This document shows positions 1-10,591 of a DNA stretch of 64,000 nt, one piece after another. The notes beneath the pieces were generated by a model that did no database searches, was not told the origin of the DNA, and saw only the letters and a program-made list of their open reading frames with translations. How positions within the stretch are numbered: the stretch's first letter is position 1; the number at the start of each line of letters is the position of its first letter. Origin of the DNA: Candidatus Latescibacterota bacterium (GTDB lineage Bacteria > Latescibacterota > CBDEFO01); contig OZ252149.1 of the NCBI GenBank assembly GCA_965248755.1, positions 192,001-256,000 on the forward strand, written 5' to 3'. The position numbers and the translations under genes were made by a program.

Positions 1-872
1 ATAAGGTACAGGCCGAAGATAGGTCTGGGCATTCTTACGATAAGGACTTTCATGGTGAAAAGTGGACGAACCAGACGCACCGTTCGACTACAGACCCCGA
101 TGCTCTCTTATACAAAAAGTCAAAAGGCACGGGGGCTTCTCTTTCGTTTATGGGTCATGATCTCATCGACACAAAAAGTAGAGTAATCCTTGAGACACAG
201 GGCACACAGGCGACAGCCGAGACTGAAAGTGCCCTTAAGATGGTTGATGATCTTGAAGTATACACTATGCCCGAAGGCATTCAGACACTTACTGCCGATA
301 CCGGTTACGGTTCTGGTGGTTTTATCGCTGATATACTTGACTGGGGAATCACACCCCACATTCCTCTGCGATCAGGTGAAGAGATTGAGCCAATTCCTAC
401 TTGGAAAAACAAGACAAATTTCGCACATATTCAGGCCAAGCGAGATAAGAAAGTGCGAGAGGCAAAGGCCAGGAATTATGCACGATCTATCTCATTGACA
501 TCTGACTACAGACTCTCCCAGAAGCTCCGCAAACGCAGTGAACATATCTTTGCTGAAGCCAAACAACAGCACGGTATGGGCCGAGCCCGTTACAGGGGAT
601 TGGCCTCACTGAATGAACAGTTAAATCTTATTGCAACAGTGCAGAATCTCAAGAGGCTTGTATACTTCATAAGAAGGAGAAAAGCGTCTATATGTGCCCT
701 GTCTGTCAAAGACAGTGCATCCTGTTCTTCAAACAGCTTCTATTCCTTGCTGACCAGAACTCTGATGAGACTATTTTGCTTATTCCATAGCAAAACGATA
801 CGATATGCTACTGTTTGACCCATAATAAGCGTTTCAGACGCTGCCTTCAAGATAACTATTTCACAAGGCTTT
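1..872 (+). mobile_element. IS1182-family insertion sequence, copy 1 (left part outside window)
   Basis: Carries a transposase 3' end highly similar to the copy at 1391-2911. Ends in TAACTATTTCACAAGGCTTT, matching the terminal repeat of copy 2, followed by TA. Confidence 0.85.
3..818 (+). CDS. IS1182-family transposase, 5'-partial
   Basis: Frame is open from base 3 (HRSTTDPDA, ADTGYG, RKRSEHIFAEAKQQHG motifs). Near-identical to the C-terminal half of 1445..2845, with a 2-aa deletion (QATAE vs QATGTAE). Confidence 0.9.
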   Translation, partial: KVQAEDRSGHSYDKDFHGEKWTNQTHRSTTDPDALLYKKSKGTGASLSFMGHDLIDTKSRVILETQGTQATAETESALKMVDDLEVYTMPEGIQTLTADTGYGSGGFIADILDWGITPHIPLRSGEEIEPIPTWKNKTNFAHIQAKRDKKVREAKARNYARSISLTSDYRLSQKLRKRSEHIFAEAKQQHGMGRARYRGLASLNEQLNLIATVQNLKRLVYFIRRRKASICALSVKDSASCSSNSFYSLLTRTLMRLFCLFHSKTIRYATV

Positions 873-1390
873 TAAGACATAGTAGAAATAGCTAGACGGG
901 CTATGAACCAACCCTTTCAAGGTTCCTAATGTTCTGGTATTACCAACCGAAATAAAGCACGATAACCTCCGACTCCTGCTGTTTGAGCGTTCTGACTACC
1001 GATCTAACATCATTCTTTAAGGCTTCCTCCTCGGCTAAGACATCCGGTAATTTTTGATTCTTATCCTCAATAATATCCAATAAGTCTGTCTCACCGTTGC
1101 CGTTAGATTCGTCCCGGTCGCTTCGCCCCACGCAAAGTATGTCCACTATCTCCTTTACAGGCATATCTAACTTTTGGGCAATCTGCTCGACGCTCGGTTT
1201 TTTCGACATCTGCTGTTCAAGGGGTTACAGTTATCCGAAATTCTCATCAATAAGATTTATCTTATTTGCGCGTACTCTGATGGTCCTGCTCTGCTGAGCC
1301 AACGCAAAGAGTATAGCCTGGCATATCCACCAGACTGCATAGGTGATAAATCTATGCCCCTTCTCAACTCTTAATCTCTCTGCAGCTCTA

Positions 1391-2911
1391 GAAGCCATGT
1401 GAAATAGTTATGTCCTATGCAGCGTCTGAAGCGCCGATTATGGGTCAAAGAGTAGCATATCGTATCGTTTTGCTATGGAATAAGCAAAATAGTCTCATCA
1501 GAGTTCTGGTCAGCAAGGAATAGGAGCTGTTTGAAGAACAGGATGCACTGTCTTTGACAGACAGGGCACACATAGACGCTTTCCCCCTTCTTATGAAAGA
1601 TACAAGCCTCTTGAGATTCTGTACTGTTGCAACAAGATTCAACTGTTCATTCAGTGAGGCTAGTCCTCTGTAACGGGCTCGTCCCATACCGTGTTGTTGC
1701 TTGGCTTCAGCAAAGATATGTTCACTGCGTTTACGGAGTCTCTGGGAGAGTTTGTAGTCAGCTGTTAATGAGATAGACCGTGCATGATTTCTGGCTTTTG
1801 CCTCTCGCACTTTTCTATCCCGTTTGGCCTGAATATGTGCGAAATTTGTCTTGTTTTTCCATGTAGGAATCGGTTCAATCTTCTCATCGGCTCGCAGAGG
1901 AATATGGGGTATGATTCCCCGGTCAAGTACATCAGCGATAAAATTACCAGAACCGTAACCGGTATCGGCACTAAGTGTCTGAATGTCTTTGGGCATGGTG
2001 TATGTTTCAAGGTCATCTACCATCTTAAGGGCACTTTCGGGCTCTGCTGTCCCTGTCGCCTGCGTGCCCTGAGTCTCAAGGATTACTCTGCTTTTTGTGT
2101 CGATCAGATCATGGCCCATAAACGAGAGAAAAGCCCCTTTGCCCTTCGATTTGCTGTATAAGCGCGCGTCGGGGTCTGTAGTCGAACGGTGTGTTTGGTT
2201 CGTCCACTTTTCACCATGAAAGTCTTTATCCTGAGGATGCCCAGACCTACCCTTTGTCTTATCACCTTCAAAACCAATTCCCTTGAGATAATCATCAAGA
2301 GAAACAGGGGGTTCTATCGGCTCAATACTTTTCACTGAAGCATCAGCTTGTATCTGAGTGCCGTCGACACTAAGGTGTTTACCGCTCACAAGACCGACAT
2401 CTATGCAACACTGGACTACCTGACGCATTATCCGTTCAAACAACCCACTGGACGCCCACTTGTGATTGCGAAGCTTGTTGATTGTGCTCCTATCCGGAAC
2501 CGCATCATCAAATGTCTGATGACAAAACAACCGATATGCCGCATGCATCCCCACTTCCTGACAGAGCCGATTCTCACTGAAATTATACAGATAGCCAATA
2601 AGGATCATTCGAACAACTAATTCAGGATCAATACCGGGTCTGCCATTGTCAGGGCAATAACAATCTGATACAACGTCTCGTACAAATGAAAAATCAACTG
2701 CCTCATCAATCTGACGAAGGATATGATCCTCGGGAACCATATCCTCCATCTGAAAATAGTGAAACATCGGATTTGTCTGTTCCTGCTTTTGTGGGGTCAT
2801 TGTTTCCTCCATGTATAATATTATCAATAACATAATATAATACATCGGAGCTGCTTTATCAATGCTGTTCTTATACTGTTTTCTGAATCTAAGGGTTTTT
2901 CACAAGGCTTC
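1391..2911 (-). mobile_element. IS1182-family insertion sequence, complete copy 2 (1521 bp)
   Basis: Terminal inverted repeats GAAGCCATGTGAAA / TTTCACAAGGCTTC, flanked by TA on both sides. Removing it restores the sigma frame GGC ATC ATT AGA GCT GCA. Confidence 0.9.
1445..2845 (-). CDS. IS1182-family transposase (true start probably ~2800-2812)
   Basis: N-terminal DUF772-like EDMVPEDHILR..GRPGIDP, DDE motifs VDGT and ADTGY, C-terminal EHIFAEAK. Confidence 0.92.
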   Translation of the reverse strand: MYYIMLLIILYMEETMTPQKQEQTNPMFHYFQMEDMVPEDHILRQIDEAVDFSFVRDVVSDCYCPDNGRPGIDPELVVRMILIGYLYNFSENRLCQEVGMHAAYRLFCHQTFDDAVPDRSTINKLRNHKWASSGLFERIMRQVVQCCIDVGLVSGKHLSVDGTQIQADASVKSIEPIEPPVSLDDYLKGIGFEGDKTKGRSGHPQDKDFHGEKWTNQTHRSTTDPDARLYSKSKGKGAFLSFMGHDLIDTKSRVILETQGTQATGTAEPESALKMVDDLETYTMPKDIQTLSADTGYGSGNFIADVLDRGIIPHIPLRADEKIEPIPTWKNKTNFAHIQAKRDRKVREAKARNHARSISLTADYKLSQRLRKRSEHIFAEAKQQHGMGRARYRGLASLNEQLNLVATVQNLKRLVSFIRRGKASMCALSVKDSASCSSNSSYSLLTRTLMRLFCLFHSKTIRYATL

Positions 2912-3465
2912 TAATGATGCCCATATTCCCTCCGCTTATGATATCAGTTAGCGGAAGCCCAAAGTTTTGATATTCCTTAGCCACCTTCACGACGAAGCGC
3001 AGATTAGCCCTGACCAGCCTGTCCCTGGCCTCTATGTCTCCCTTTTTTGTCTTTGCTGCAAGTTCCCTCTCCTGCCGGGTGGACAAGCGTTTATATGGTT
3101 TAATCTCTTCCAGGTATCTATTCAAACTCCTGTCTTTGTCCATCGTTACGTCCGTGGCTAGGACCATCTTTTATCCCCTTATTCAGCAACCTATTGGCAG
3201 GTTTTCCTATATCCTCTGTATACTGAATTAGCATCTGCCATGCCATCTGCGCGCAAATAAGAAAAAAGGCCTCTTATGTGATGATAAGCGACCTTTTTAC
3301 AAACTCTTATATAATTAGCAACTTCTTATGAAGATTGAACACACCGCTCTCAAGATATGCAAAGTTTTGCGCATCCTGCGCGTTTTTGTCTCGGACAACA
3401 CGCAAACATTGCACCATAAAGCTCAAGCCTCCCGAAGCGAACGTTTCATAGTATCTGAAACGTCT

Positions 3466-6400
3466 CTAAGCCTGCCTTTTTTTCTTTATCTCCCATCCTT
3501 TCCAAACCGCATATATAGCAGGAATTACAACTAACGTTAGTATAGTAGATGAGATCATCCCTCCAACCATAGGAGCAGCAATCCGCTTCATAACAGCAGA
3601 CCCCGTGCCTGTACCCCACATAATAGGTAGAAGACCTCCCATAATAGCTGTTACAGTCATTATCTTGGGTCTCAATCTGTCCACAGCTCCCACGATAATC
3701 GCATCGTATAGATCTTTTATCCCCATAGACCCACCTTTTTCGAGGAGCTTCTCCTTGTAGGCCTGATCCAGGTAAATTAGCATTATCACACCTGTCTCGG
3801 CAGCGACGCCCGCTAGCGCTATGAACCCAACTCCCACCGCCACGCTCATATTGTAACCTAATATGTGCATAAGCCAGATCCCGCCCACTAAAGCAAAGGG
3901 TAGTGAGAGCATCACAATTAGGCTTTCGGTGATGTTTTGAAAGTTGAAATATAAAAGCAGGAATACGATTCCCAGCGTTATCGGTATGACGATCTTGAGG
4001 CGTTCTTTAGCCCTCTGCATATATTCGTACTGCCCGCTCCAGATGATGTTATATCCGGCGGGAACCTGCACGTTCTCAAGGACCGCCTTTTGAGCTCGTT
4101 CCACGTAAGTGCCCACATCTATGTCCCTGATATCTATGTATATCCAGGCGTTCAGGCGGGCGTTCTCGCTCTTTATCCCCGGCGGACCCTTTCTAATTTT
4201 TATATCCGCGAGCTGTCCCATGGGGACCTGCTCGCCCCTCGGGGTGGGGACCAGAACCCTCTTCAGCGCAGGGACGTTGTCTCTAAGTTCCCTTCCGTAT
4301 CTCAGGTTGACGGGATACCTCTCCAGTCCCTCGACGGTCATAGTGATGTTCATCCCGCCGATAGCGGTTTGTATCACGTCCTGGACATCCCCAACGGTCA
4401 GACCGTAGCGGGCTATCTTATCCCTGTCTATCTCAAAGTCCAGATAGTTTCCGCCGACCACTCTTTCAGCGTATACACTTAGTGTGCCGGGGACATCCCT
4501 TATGACCTGTTCGATCTTTTTTCCCAATTCCTGAAGGACCTCCAGGTCTTCCCCTGCTACCTTGATCCCCACAGGGGTCTTTATACCGGTGGAGAGCATA
4601 TCTACCCTGGTCTTAATAGGCATAGTCCAGGCGTTGGTGAGGCCGGGGAACTTGATAGCGGCGTCCATCTCCTCCACGAGCTTCTCATGCGTCATCCCCT
4701 CCCGCCATTCGTCCTCAGGTTTTAGCATGATCGTAGTTTCTATCATGCTCAGTGGCGCAGGGTCTGTGGCCGTCGAGGCTCTGCCTATCTTGCCGAAGAC
4801 GTGATGTACTTCTGGAAAGGTGCGGATTATCTTGTCCGTCTGCTGTAATATATCTCTGGCTTTTGTGACCGATATTCCGGGAAGGGTCGTAGGCATATAG
4901 AGAAGGTCCCCCTCATACAGTGGAGGCATAAACTCCGATCCCAATTTCTCAAGGGGGAATGCCTTATCGATGTATGTCAATAGCTTCAAGACCTTTCCAT
5001 CCTCTACTTTGGATACTATAAGGCTCTCGAACGGAAAAATGGTAATGATGAGGCTCAAAAGAGCCAAAAGTATGGTCGTCTTTCTATACTTAAGAACCAG
5101 ATGTATCACAGGGCGGTAGATGAATATGAGGAGACGGTTGAGAGGATTCTTATTCTCCTTTGGTATTCTCCCCCGGATGAAAAATCCCATCAACACGGGC
5201 ACAATCGTTATAGACAAAAGCGCTGCAGCTGCCATAGCATAAGTCTTTGTGAACGCCAGGGGCTTAAAGAGCCTGCCCTCCTGTGCCTCGAGTGTGAAGA
5301 CGGGCAGAAACGACATTGTAATTATCAAGAGGGAGTAGAAAAGGGCGGGACCCACCTGTTTGGATGAATCAATGATGATCTGCCAGTGATCCTTTACCCC
5401 TTTATCCCTTTCTATGTGCTTGTGGGCGTTTTCTATCATAACTATCGCCGCATCTATCATAGCTCCGATAGCGATAGCGATGCCCCCCAAAGACATAATG
5501 TTGGCGTTTATGCCCTGTTTGTGCATAATTATAAAGGAGACCAGTATCCCCATAGGCAAAGTGAGGATTGCCACAAGGGAGCTTCTAAAGTGCAACAGAA
5601 AGATTATGCACACCGCTGCCACGACAACACTCTCTTCCAAAAGTTTCTCTTTGAGGTTGTCTACGGCCCTTAGTATCAGGGCAGACCTGTCGTAAGCGGT
5701 CCTGATCTTCACCCCTTCGGGGAGACCCCTTTCGAGATCTTTAAGCTTCTTTTTTACATTCTCTATAACTTTAAGGGCGTTCTCTCCATATCTCATTATG
5801 ATTATCCCGCCGACTACTTCACCTTCTCCCTCCCATTCGGCAAGTCCCCTTCTCAGCTCGGGTCCGAGCTGAACGTCCCCCACATCTTTTATCGTAATAG
5901 GGGTCCCGTTCATATCCACGCCTATAGCCACCTTTTTGATGTCTCCCACAGACTTGAAATACCCGAGCCCCCTGACCATAAACTCCGTTTCAGCAAACTC
6001 CACGAGCCTTCCTCCCACGTCGTTGTTGCTCCTTTGGATGGCCATCTTAACCTTGTGCAGAGGGATATTGTAGGCGATGAGCTTATTGGGGTCCACAGTC
6101 ACCTGGTACTGCTTGACGAACCCTCCTACGCTCGCCACTTCGGCGACTCCGGGCACGCTCGTAAGCTCATACCTTAAGTACCAGTCCTGTATAGATCTGA
6201 GTTCGCTCAGATCGTGCCTGTCGCTCTCTAATATATACTCATAGACCCATCCTACACCTGTGGCGTCAGGTCCCAGACTCGGAGTCACACCTCCGGGCAA
6301 CCTCCCAGATACGAAGTTCAGATACTCAAGGACGCGGCTTCGGGCCCAGTACATATCTGTCCCGTCCTCAAATATCACGTACACAAATGAGAGACTGAAG

Positions 6401-6660
6401 AACGAATATCCTCTCACTACTTTGGCAAAGGGCACAGCTAACATAGCCGTCGTTAAAGGATAGGTGATCTGATCTTCCACCACCTGGGGCGCCTGACCTG
6501 GATACTCAGTGAAAATTATCACCTGAACGTCCGAAAGATCAGGTATGGCATCTAAGGGTGTATTGAGCATCGCATATACTCCCCATCCCATAGCAAAGAG
6601 GGTAAAAAGGATAACCAGGAACTTGTTGTTGATACTCGCTTCTATGATCTTTTCTAACAT
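3466..6660 (-). CDS. cusA: CusA/SilA-family heavy-metal RND efflux permease
   Basis: 1064 aa. DAIPDLSDVQVII, GSEFMPPLYEGDLLYMP, NAWTMPIK and LRPKIMT motifs. Confidence 0.93.
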   Translation of the reverse strand: MLEKIIEASINNKFLVILFTLFAMGWGVYAMLNTPLDAIPDLSDVQVIIFTEYPGQAPQVVEDQITYPLTTAMLAVPFAKVVRGYSFFSLSFVYVIFEDGTDMYWARSRVLEYLNFVSGRLPGGVTPSLGPDATGVGWVYEYILESDRHDLSELRSIQDWYLRYELTSVPGVAEVASVGGFVKQYQVTVDPNKLIAYNIPLHKVKMAIQRSNNDVGGRLVEFAETEFMVRGLGYFKSVGDIKKVAIGVDMNGTPITIKDVGDVQLGPELRRGLAEWEGEGEVVGGIIIMRYGENALKVIENVKKKLKDLERGLPEGVKIRTAYDRSALILRAVDNLKEKLLEESVVVAAVCIIFLLHFRSSLVAILTLPMGILVSFIIMHKQGINANIMSLGGIAIAIGAMIDAAIVMIENAHKHIERDKGVKDHWQIIIDSSKQVGPALFYSLLIITMSFLPVFTLEAQEGRLFKPLAFTKTYAMAAAALLSITIVPVLMGFFIRGRIPKENKNPLNRLLIFIYRPVIHLVLKYRKTTILLALLSLIITIFPFESLIVSKVEDGKVLKLLTYIDKAFPLEKLGSEFMPPLYEGDLLYMPTTLPGISVTKARDILQQTDKIIRTFPEVHHVFGKIGRASTATDPAPLSMIETTIMLKPEDEWREGMTHEKLVEEMDAAIKFPGLTNAWTMPIKTRVDMLSTGIKTPVGIKVAGEDLEVLQELGKKIEQVIRDVPGTLSVYAERVVGGNYLDFEIDRDKIARYGLTVGDVQDVIQTAIGGMNITMTVEGLERYPVNLRYGRELRDNVPALKRVLVPTPRGEQVPMGQLADIKIRKGPPGIKSENARLNAWIYIDIRDIDVGTYVERAQKAVLENVQVPAGYNIIWSGQYEYMQRAKERLKIVIPITLGIVFLLLYFNFQNITESLIVMLSLPFALVGGIWLMHILGYNMSVAVGVGFIALAGVAAETGVIMLIYLDQAYKEKLLEKGGSMGIKDLYDAIIVGAVDRLRPKIMTVTAIMGGLLPIMWGTGTGSAVMKRIAAPMVGGMISSTILTLVVIPAIYAVWKGWEIKKKRQA

Positions 6661-6686
6661 CTTCTCACAACCTCCACGGAATCATC

Positions 6687-8063
6687 TTAGCGCTTCATAT
6701 CTTTATGATTGTGCTTGGACTTTGTTGTGTCGGCCTCATTCTCCTTCATCTTCATCTCTTCGTGCTTCATGCCTTCATGTTCCATCTCACCTTCTTCGGC
6801 AGCCGCCTCAGTCTTTGCGCTTATCATCGCGCTTATAGCGGCCTTGAGATTACTCTCAGAATCTATCAGGAAGTTGGCGGATGTGACGATGCGCTCGCCC
6901 TCATAGACTCCGTCCAACACCTGATAGTATCCACCGGCCTCAACCCCTAATGTGACCTCTCTCGGCTGGAATTTTCCACCGCCTTTATCCACAATTACTA
7001 TCTGTCTTTCCCCTGAATGGATCACGGCGTTATCGGGAACTACTACTGTCTCCTTTGCGACTTCGGACATAATGTTGACGTTTACATACATATTAGGTTT
7101 GAGCTTCCAGTCATAGTTGGGGAACTCTATCCGTACTTTGACAGTCCTCGTCTTGGATTCCAAGAAGGGATAGACAAAGGTGATTTTCCCCTCAAAAGTC
7201 TCACCCGGATAGTAAGCCAATGTCATCTGTGTCTTTTGGCCCTCCTCTATCCAGGAAAGTTCGTATTCGTATATATCCGCGTAGACCCATATTGTCGAAA
7301 TATCCCCTATCCTGTACAGATGCTCGCCCGACTTTATGTGCATCCCGTCAAAGACCGATTTGTGGACCACGATTCCATTTTGAGGGGAGTACAAAGTCAT
7401 AGTCTTTTTAATCTCTTCTGTCTCCTCCAATTCCTCTATCTGCTCCTCCGTAATATCCCAGTATATTAGCCTCCTTCTGGAGGACTCCACCAGAGCGTCG
7501 GCTCCCGCAACTATATCCGCAAAGGGACTCTTAGATAGCGTCTCTCTATATCTTAAAGCTGTCAGATACTCCTCCTGAGTGGAGACTAAATCAGGGCTGT
7601 AAATCTCTAAGAGCCTATCTCCCTTTTTAACTTTCTGTCCCGTGTAGTCCACAAAGAGCTTTTCCACCCATCCTGCTATCTTGGTGTTCACATCGGTCAT
7701 CTTCGTCTCATCGTAGTCCACCCGTCCCACAGTCCTGATGACTTTGTGTAAGGGACGCCTTTCTGCTTTTTCGGTCTTGACACCGATGTTCTGAACCGTT
7801 ACAGGGTCTATCACGACCGTTCCCGCCTCCACTTCCCCGACCTCGTCTTCATACACCGGTATCAGATCCATCCCCATGGGCGATTTTCCCGGTTCAAAGC
7901 GGATGTAGTTAGGATCCATAGGAGCCTGCCAGTAGAGGATTCTCCTCTCCTTTATGGGTTCCCCCCGGGCTATAACGCTCAAAGTCATAATCCCTATGAC
8001 GCCTAAAAGCGTCAAAACGCCTATAAGGGTTGTCCGCCTAATCTTTATCAGATTTGCCCACAT
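6687..8063 (-). CDS. cusB: CusB-family periplasmic adaptor (membrane fusion protein)
   Basis: YWQAPMDP..PGKSPMGMDLIP metal-binding motif, MFP core, NFLIDSES, Met/His-rich tail. Directly upstream of cusA. Confidence 0.9.
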   Translation of the reverse strand: MWANLIKIRRTTLIGVLTLLGVIGIMTLSVIARGEPIKERRILYWQAPMDPNYIRFEPGKSPMGMDLIPVYEDEVGEVEAGTVVIDPVTVQNIGVKTEKAERRPLHKVIRTVGRVDYDETKMTDVNTKIAGWVEKLFVDYTGQKVKKGDRLLEIYSPDLVSTQEEYLTALRYRETLSKSPFADIVAGADALVESSRRRLIYWDITEEQIEELEETEEIKKTMTLYSPQNGIVVHKSVFDGMHIKSGEHLYRIGDISTIWVYADIYEYELSWIEEGQKTQMTLAYYPGETFEGKITFVYPFLESKTRTVKVRIEFPNYDWKLKPNMYVNVNIMSEVAKETVVVPDNAVIHSGERQIVIVDKGGGKFQPREVTLGVEAGGYYQVLDGVYEGERIVTSANFLIDSESNLKAAISAMISAKTEAAAEEGEMEHEGMKHEEMKMKENEADTTKSKHNHKDMKR

Positions 8064-8086
8064 GATTTCAATCTCCTTATGGAAAT

Positions 8087-9361
8087 TTAAAATAGTCTCT
8101 GCCCTATAACTTCCTCTAACTCGGCTAACTTTTTTTGATAGTCTGTGGTGAACCTGTAGTAGTCTATCTGAAACTTTAAAAGGGTTATCTGATTGTCCAA
8201 AAGCGTCAGAAAGTCAATTTTGTCCACCTGATAGCCGGAGATAGCAGATTCCAATGAACCCTGAGCTTGTGGTATTATCCCGGTTTTGTACAGTTGGATC
8301 AGGTTTTCGTCCCTTTGTAATTCCGCAAGGGTGTCCTTCAGAAGGAAGGAAATTTCGTTTACCATTGTATTGTACCGCTCCTTAGTGAGCCTGATCTGTG
8401 CCTCGGCTTCCCTGACCCTGTAATTCTGCTTGCTTTTATACCAGAGGGGGATATTTATGGTAAATAGAGCCGTCATAAAATCCTCTCTACTTTCCCTTTG
8501 TCCGTATGCAACGGCCACGTTCAGGTCCGGGTAGTAATCTTTCCGGGCAAGAAAATAGGCAGATCTGCTCCTTTCAATCAGAATATCTAACCCCTTGAGC
8601 AACGGACTCTTTTCTCTGGCTATATCCCGGAGTTCCTCAAAGTCCAGGTCCAAATCTGCCTTCGTCACTTCTTCAAGTTTCCCTACAGGAGAATCCTGAG
8701 GCCTATATAAAAGGGCGTTCAGCCTCGCTTCTTTTGTCTCCTTTTTTTGCTTGAGCACAATAAGATCGTTGATCATCTTGGACAACTCTACCTGAGCCTT
8801 TAAGACATCCTGCTGAATGCCCTTCCCCACAACGTATTTTGTCTCGGCTATCTCCACAAATTGTTTGGTAAGTTCCTTGTTCTGCTCTGTGATCTCTATA
8901 GCCTTATTGATAAAGTAGAGGTCGTAGTAGGTCTCTTTCACCTTCCTTACGAGTACATTCTCATTGTCGGAATACTCCTGCCCTACCGCTTCGGCCTCTT
9001 TCTGTGCCACCTCTCTCCTTAAGGAGCGTTTGCCGAAGAAGGGCAGTTTCTGCGTAAACAGAATCTGTTTTTGGGTCATATTGAATCTGTCGTAATCCAG
9101 TGACCCGGAGGGCAAATTCATAAAATTAAAGCTAAGCTTCGGATCATCGAACGCCCCTGCGCGCGACGGGCGAGCCTTAAAGACATCCCACCTTTCTTTC
9201 GATACCTTCAACTCCGGATTACTTAAAAGTGCTTTATTTATAGCCTCATCCAGAGCAAATACGCCATCATCAGCCGACGCCGTGTGTGTCCAGCTTAAAT
9301 TCACTATCAGAATCGAAAACAACAAGCGTCTAACGATCACGATGCAACACCGTCCCTTCAT
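8087..9361 (-). CDS. TolC/CusC-family outer membrane efflux protein
   Basis: Signal peptide, two OEP repeats (QKLPFFGK, YYPDL, INIPLW), position in the RND operon. Confidence 0.9.
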   Translation of the reverse strand: MKGRCCIVIVRRLLFSILIVNLSWTHTASADDGVFALDEAINKALLSNPELKVSKERWDVFKARPSRAGAFDDPKLSFNFMNLPSGSLDYDRFNMTQKQILFTQKLPFFGKRSLRREVAQKEAEAVGQEYSDNENVLVRKVKETYYDLYFINKAIEITEQNKELTKQFVEIAETKYVVGKGIQQDVLKAQVELSKMINDLIVLKQKKETKEARLNALLYRPQDSPVGKLEEVTKADLDLDFEELRDIAREKSPLLKGLDILIERSRSAYFLARKDYYPDLNVAVAYGQRESREDFMTALFTINIPLWYKSKQNYRVREAEAQIRLTKERYNTMVNEISFLLKDTLAELQRDENLIQLYKTGIIPQAQGSLESAISGYQVDKIDFLTLLDNQITLLKFQIDYYRFTTDYQKKLAELEEVIGQRLF

Positions 9362-9520
9362 CGTTCCACAGTCGGAGCACCTTTAGAATCTGTCTCAAAC
9401 TGTACCGATTCATGTTTAACTATACGCATCTATTGCGCTTATCTAGAATCTTTGCGAACAAGGGGAATCTGAATCTATAGAGATAGCCGAAAAAAAGGCC
9501 AATCGGAGGAGGAAAACTTC

Positions 9521-9946
9521 TTAAATCAGAAAAGACGAATTGAGGAGAAAAACGGAGCTATGGTGAGAGGAAACATCTGTGTTGAAGGCTGTAGAAAGAC
9601 TACTTCGAGACACGCTATTCGGATCAAAACTGTTGAGCCCGTAAATCTGCAGGGAAACTGAATGTCTCCTATCCTGCGGTTGAGAATAGTTTATCTTGTT
9701 GCGAACCAGAGCGATATCGGACTTGAGACAGTTCATTTTTGCATTGAAACACAACTTCCCATGTTCCATATTGCAGGTCTGCTCCACATTCTCCATATCA
9801 CAGCCGTGCTCTATGTCCTTTATATCACAGCAACCGGGGTCTTTCCCCGCAGAGGCGGGACATTCCATATCCCTTGGCATAAGTCCTGCAAAAAGGAGAA
9901 CGATCAAGCAAATGACGCTAAATTTTCGATTAATTTTGTGCGACAT
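9521..9946 (-). CDS. Small exported Cys/His-rich protein preceding the metal efflux operon
   Basis: N-terminal hydrophobic segment, several Cys including CC, C-terminal VFLLNSSFLI. Confidence 0.7.
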   Translation of the reverse strand: MSHKINRKFSVICLIVLLFAGLMPRDMECPASAGKDPGCCDIKDIEHGCDMENVEQTCNMEHGKLCFNAKMNCLKSDIALVRNKINYSQPQDRRHSVSLQIYGLNSFDPNSVSRSSLSTAFNTDVSSHHSSVFLLNSSFLI

Positions 9947-9951
9947 ATTCT

Positions 9952-10020
9952 TTAGCCCATATGCTTGGTATGGTCTATCTGGTCATAGTGGTGATAGTGG
10001 TGAACTTCGTCGGGAGCCAT
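9952..10020 (-). CDS. 22-aa His-rich micropeptide MAPDEVHHYHHYDQIDHTKHMG
   Basis: AGGAGG RBS 6 nt before the ATG. Stop lies 5 nt before the next ATG. Six His in 22 aa. Confidence 0.5.
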   Translation of the reverse strand: MAPDEVHHYHHYDQIDHTKHMG

Positions 10021-10351
10021 AGTATACCTCCTTTGAGAATTGAGCACAACCTTGCTTACAAGCCACGACTAACATTTCTACTATACAAGATTAATACATA
10101 TAGTTGAAGAAATACCATAGTTTCTTATACTGATCTATAACTTGCTTTTGTATCAGATCTATTAACCCATCATATCCCATTTTCATCTCAGCTGCTAACC
10201 CCTTTTATCTCCACCTAGTTTCTACATCTCCTATATACTGAATCTTTGTTTTTCCTTCAGGATAACTTTGCATTTCTTTACCTCCATTGGATAAATATTT
10301 ATGTATCTAGCCTGTGGACTATATTAAAATTAACAAAGAAACTCAAAAAAG

Positions 10352-10591
10352 TCAACGGTTAATAGAGCTGCAAAAGGGTGACGATTTGGACCATCCTCCT
10401 AAAATCAAGAAGAGCCACGGCAGCACGTAGGCTGTCAACTTGAACCACTGTGCCCGAGGCTTCGCCAGGATGCGTTCCCCATATTTAGCCACATAAAGAT
10501 CGACTATCTCCTGCCGAGTCTTACCTGTCTCCAGCATCTTGCGCACCTCCCGCCGGACCCTTTCTGCTGCACCTGAGTAGCGCTTCGACAA
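10352..10591 (-). pseudogene. CcmH/NrfF cytochrome c biogenesis protein fragment
   Basis: REVRKML..GKTRQEIVDLYVAKYGERILAKP...YVLPW resembles the CcmH core. The N-terminal CxxC part is missing, replaced by an IS256 remnant. Confidence 0.7.

Larger units (their letters stand above)
900..3167 (-). pseudogene. RpoD/SigA/RpoS-type sigma-70 factor, interrupted by IS1182 and carrying internal stops
   Basis: 5' part YLEEI...LVRANLRFVVKVAKEYQNFGLPLTDIISGGNMGII (2912-3167). Resumes below 1390 as RAAERL..GHRFITYAVWWICQAI..ALAQQSRTIRV, then two in-frame stops, then region 3/4 remnants (940-1209). Confidence 0.9.
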
